Below are positions 59,132-64,000 of a stretch of DNA of 64,000 nt, one piece after another. Where the stretch lies: NCBI GenBank assembly GCA_004431415.1, contig QPMI01000494.1, forward strand, positions 124,001-188,000. Direction: 5' to 3'. The DNA comes from Cyanophora paradoxa CCMP329 (lineage: Eukaryota; Plantae; Glaucophyta). Within the stretch, counting starts at the first letter, position 1. Each line of letters begins with the position of its first letter. Under the pieces are notes generated by a model. That model saw only the letters and a list, made by a program, of their open reading frames with translations, did no database searches and was not told the DNA's origin. The position numbers and the translations under genes are program-made.

Positions 59132-60523
59132 GCGGCAGTGCGCATGCGCATGCGGGCCGCGGCCTTCCTTACTTACCCGGTTACCCCCGGGGGCCCGCCG
59201 CCCGCCGGGTCGCCGACTCGCCCGGCTCGTCGTCGCCGACTCGACGCCGAGTCGCCGACTCGATCGACGGCGCCTCAGGCTCCTCAGCGCCTGTCGCCGC
59301 CTGAGCGCCGAGTCGCCAGCGACTCGCCGCCGACTCGGCGCCAAGTCGCCGACTCGACGCCGAGCCGGCGCCGACTCGCCGAGGGCCCTGGGCCAGCCGC
59401 CCGAGGCTCGCCGGCTCGCCGGGCCGGCGACCGTGTCGGACTAGCTCGTGCGTGCGGCGCGGCAACGCCCGCCGCCGCCGCCGGGCCGGCCGCGCCGCCC
59501 GGCCGCGGCGGCCCGACGTCGACTCGGCGAGCCGCGGCCGCGCCGGCGCGGCGCCTCTCAGGTGCACTGAGTCAGAGTCACTGAGTCTGACTCAGTGATC
59601 ATGAGCGCCTCATGATCAGCCGCTGATCATGAGAGCCGCTCACTGCTCAGAGCGCGCTGCTTAGCCGCTGAGCAGAGTCTCAGCAGACTCGAGCTCAGCA
59701 GAGCATCGGCCCGGCGGAGCCTCAGCTGGAGGGAGTCAGCTGGACTGCCAGGACTGGGGACAAGACCCGCGGCCGGGCCAGGAAGTGACGGCGGCGGGCG
59801 CCGGCGGCGCGCGCGGCATATAGCTAGGCCTTGAAGAAAGCAGCTGCAGCCCGGCGGCCACGTTCTCCAGGCACCGACCGGCAGCCGCGGGCCTGACGGG
59901 CCACTGCGCGTGCACGTGCAGGCTGGTGCAGCTGCAGCTCCCGCGCGTGCATGGGAGGCTTGCCAGCGCATATATATATCGACACTAGAATTCGATCATC
60001 GGATGATCGCAGTCAAAGCACGCCCATCAAGCTGCTGAACCCCGCGGCGCATGCGTATGCAGTCGCACACGTCCCTCTTTGGAGACAGCACTGCGGCAGC
60101 TGTGCCACGGTGGCTGCAAACCGCGAGCGTCGAGGCCTGTGACCTATAGCTACAGTTCAGCGGCCGCAAAGCGCACGTGAGGCTTGCAGCGATCGGATGC
60201 GGCGACGGAAGCGCGCGCGCGGTGCAACTATATAGCTACAATTTCACTTCAGCTATCAAAGAAGCGGCGATGAAATCTGTACTGTGGTAAGCGAGCGCTC
60301 CAGGTCTTGTGGAGGGCGACAGCAGCTCGCATTCGGTCGGCATTGGATCTGCACATTCATGCCGACCTTGGCCTGGCTTCAATAGTAAAACCGCTGCCTG
60401 CAGGTTTGCCTGCAGTTTCTGCCACTGAGTCGTGGCCCTCTGCGCAATCACTCCACGTAACGAGCAGCCAGTGCAGTGTTGGGGCTCTACTGGGATCCGC
60501 GAAATGCATGTGCACACGCGACC

Positions 60524-63500
60524 ATGACAGCTCAGCTGCGGCGACATCGCGAGGGCGGCGCTCGGCGCTGTCTTCGCGCCGGTCAACGCACACCTTCCGA
60601 TCGCGAGCGACGCCAGCTTTCTCGTCCACGTGTGCCCGTGACGGCGATCCGGGTCTTCTTGCTCCTCTTCGCCGCCGCGGCGTGCCCACACGTGCACGTT
60701 GTGCTCGCGTATTCAAGTGCATACGCATTCAATCGCCTTGCAATTGCGCCTTCTATTCTCGACTGTTAATAATATTCTTGAAACGTGCACATGCGCAGTC
60801 CCCAGCGAAACCGTGGGAGCGATGACGAACCTGGTCACGCTGGATTCGACGACAGGCGCCCACACGCGCCTCTATCTCGTCATGCCCCCGTTTATCGCCT
60901 CTTTTGGGTTAGCCAGCTGCGCGCCTAGTCGCGCCTCTGGCTTTGTTTCGGCTGCACCCATTTTCATTTGATTGCACCCCGCAGAGCCGGAGGCGGCATA
61001 ACGCTGGAGACGCAGATAAACGTGGCGCCGCTGGGACGTGACGCGAACGGGACCGAAATCACTGCCCACCCAGACGGGATCCCTGCGCCCCTGTTCGAGC
61101 TGGCGGCCGCCACACACCGCATCGCCGTTCTGCTCGATCCGGACCTGACAGTGCGGGTCGAAGTCTCCGACGGAAACGGACCGGCGGTTTCGGTAAGCGC
61201 GGGAGGCGACGGGGACGTCGCGCCGAGACTCGAGCGGGCCTTCTGGAGCCACATCGCCGTTACTTTTTCCGTGCGCCGGTCTTGCCCTATATAGGCCTGA
61301 TAATTTAAATTTCCCCGGCGCTCGGCCCTGTAGTGCCGGACTGCAGCTCATACATTGTCTCTGTCCCAGGCGTCCAGCAGCGACCAATCGGAAGTCAAAA
61401 TCTATATCAACGGCGTGCAGTCGAATTTTACAAGCAGTTCCATCGTGCCCGTATCTCAGGCGTCCTACAACTACTCGAGGAACTTCTTCGCTTCTTCTGA
61501 CAGCCCAGATCTGGCTGCCGCTCAAACGGCCTTTTCGGCCACGGGCATCCGTGTATGGTGCGATTCGATCCGGTCCCTTAGCCGCGCAGTATATGCTTGC
61601 GCTTAAACGCCGTGTTCGATTTGAGTCTTTCTCTACTGTGCTCGATTTTGCAAACATTATTATTGCAATTAATGTGGGGTGGTGTTTTATTTGCAGGTCC
61701 CGTGAGTTGTTGGGGTGCGAATTCGAGGTGTGCATATGAATATCTATAATATAGAAACCGAACAATATCTCTGATTCAGCGCTGACCAAAACCGCAATCA
61801 GCTCTTGCGTACCGTCGAGTGCACTGGACCGGTGCCCCGCCTCGTTGTAAATCACCCCTTCATTCAGGTTCGCTCTCAACGATCCGGGACACGCTTTCTG
61901 CATTTATTAAGATGTTGTGGCTCGATGGACGTTTGCGTCGCAGTTCCCGCAGGGGTCCGAGCTAATCAACGAAGCGATTTATTTGAACAAGAACCTGCCC
62001 AGCCTTATTCAGGGAAGTGCGCTGAATACGAGCAGATCTCTGGCAAGACATTTTGAGAGTGCGCAATCGAGTTGTTTGATCAGCCATAGCTTGCGACCAG
62101 CGCTAGCTGTTCGAGCGCACGCGGTCTGCGCGTTCGAATTCGTTATTCTGAACTTTGCGGACACAATCGGGCAGGACTGTACGGGCTAGCGTTGTTTCCC
62201 TGCCGAGAGGCAGCAAGCCTGTATCTGCTTCATCCGAACTCCATCGGATTGGTGGACGACAGGGAGGTGTACCCATCAGGTCTTCACCTGCACTCAACTC
62301 TGACCCCACACCTCCTCGACTCAATCGCAAATTATAATTAAATTCCGCAGGCGTCGCGCTCAAGTTGGCCGTTGTTATGCGAGACGCAGAAAGCAAAGAG
62401 ATCTACGGGGTACCGTCCGCGGCTTGGCGGTGCACGCCGCTCATTTTAGGACTAGAATTTTAGCACTATTTCGGCTTCTCGGCAAACCCTTTGCGCGGTT
62501 TCGGAATGCAGGCTTCTGTATGGACAGACTTTGGATCACAGCCTCATGGCCGATGTGCCGGTCGTGTGGGAAGGATGCGGAGTTATAGCAAACAAACTGT
62601 CCGTGTCCGTTCCACCACTGCAACCCGGTGCGATTTTATATCCTGATTCTAGATCGCGAAATCGACTCGACGGGTGTCTAACGAGTCACACGGGCATGGA
62701 TAATATATTGCAGGCACTTGGTACTTCGACGCACCCAGTGCAATCGAGAACTCAAATGCAATCCCGCTGTCTGAGGACCAACCGGGTCTCGGACCGCCTA
62801 CAATCGTTGTGCTCGGTGCGTTCCGAAACTTAATCAAGCGAGCTCAGTTGCAAGCCACGCGAGCTGAGTCGCATGTCGTTCTCAGTGGCTCCAACATACC
62901 TTTCGATCGAGAAGATCACTGACGGGGACCCGGTGTACCTAATGGTGACGATCTTGAAACTTAAATAGCTAAATAGCGTTCAATAATCGAACTTCGTTCG
63001 CCATCAGGGGCCTGCAGTCTTCTTGCGCGTCACGGCGTTGAATGCGTACCGCGCGCCTTTAACAGTGTCGGGGTCCATGATTACGCTGGAGGGAAACGGC
63101 ACAGGGGATGCCCCGTTCAAGTGCCCGGTGCTTCCTCTTCAAAATATCCAGAAGCTTGCATCGAGCTGGGTGGTGCGCATTTTGCGCTGCGGGCTGGGTA
63201 TCGAGCTGCGTTTGCGTATGCAGATTGCGATCGGCAGGTTCCGTTCTTCTGCGAAAAGCCTTACACCGGCCGAGTGGAAGTCGTCTCCAATATTCCGCTC
63301 GTCTCGCCTTTCGTGTTCTACGTGAAATGTAAGCGGTCGTTTTTTAAGAGCATGCATCTCGTGTGTGGACACGCAAATAATTTTCGGCCTTTCCCTCGCG
63401 CTTCCAGTTTTCCCTCGCATCATTGAGATCGAAGCTTTGGGAGCCCTACAGGACCCCGTTTCGAAAGTGTGGGTCCTGGAATCCGGCAAGTGCGTCATCG

Positions 63501-64000
63501 CAAGGTTTCTTGTAAACTTCAGCAATTCGCGCCGGTCCTTATGGGAGTTTTCAGGACCTACGAGCTCAAATTCAAGCTTCAGACGACGTCCGGGCTGCCC
63601 GTGCTAGCTCTTGCGTCAGACCTGAAGCTGATCCACTTTGGACCCCTCATTCCCCTCCCTCCCGGGAGCCGCCTACAGCCGTCGACGCCGGCGGGCAAGG
63701 AGTTCGGCCTATCGGACTTTTTCACCATGACCGTGACGTGCGTGGCGCGGTGTTCGGCTCGAGCTCTCGAGTGACCGGAACGCGCTAATATTAATTTCTG
63801 GCGCAGTCCCACCGTGTATGGTGAGGGGAGCATCATGGGCTATAGTCGACAGAAAGTTAAAGGTGCGCCCAGCAATATATATATAAATATCCTTTGTGGC
63901 ATAGACGAGCATCCCGTGCGAAATTTATAAATATATGTTTCGCTCACGCTCGTTCCTCCGCCCGCGGCCGCAGGCGGTCGCTGGCGGTACCAGCTCTACG
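60524..64000 (+). CDS. 3'-partial secreted/surface protein with N-terminal LamG-like domain followed by beta-rich domains
   Basis: Signal-like IRVFLLLFAAAACP (~60645-60690). GITLETQI...FWSHIAVTFS|...EVKIYINGV...TGIRVW (60985-61560) is the LamG pattern. Further beta-rich exons with GT/GC-AG introns run to the window end. The start codon is uncertain. Confidence 0.65.

Noticed and set aside
1-64000. Prokaryotic operon/defence-island or non-standard genetic code interpretation
   Set aside because: Conserved motifs are interrupted by spliceosomal introns (GT/GC...ctgac...cag), and spliced frames translate with the standard code using TAG and TGA as stops

Overview
This is eukaryotic nuclear DNA from a very GC-rich, intron-dense genome, probably a flagellated protist or alga. 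The style is reminiscent of glaucophyte or haptophyte genomes, but the taxon cannot be established here. Most ORFs in the supplied track are shadow ORFs or exon fragments. Hand-splicing gives seven multi-exon genes: (1) a 5'-partial EF-hand plus 7/11/15-periodic coiled-coil protein (+, to 2478); (2) a type-I membrane proteinase-K-like subtilisin with EGF, seven Cys-bounded PPC-like modules and Pro-Ser linkers (-, 14569-3069); (3) a Pro-rich OTU-family cysteine protease (+, 15806-21369); (4) an SMP+C2 synaptotagmin-like protein (+, 21855-26165); (5) an N-myristoylation-motif DUF4062-NACHT-TPR NPHP3-like protein (+, 27984-35465), whose last exons and 3'UTR are copied in inverted orientation just upstream of its own start; (6) a ~20 kb giant LamG / Cys-Ig-like repeat / multi-TM receptor-like gene (-, 56585-36517); and (7) a second LamG gene head-to-head with it (+, 60524 to window end). 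The spacer between the LamG genes holds four intact MITEs with TIRs and TSDs, from three DNA-transposon superfamilies. The most unusual pattern is that many long introns carry degenerate copies ('echoes') of their own upstream exon end plus 5' splice site. AG|GC donors are also very frequent. All exon boundaries were read by eye and need RNA confirmation.
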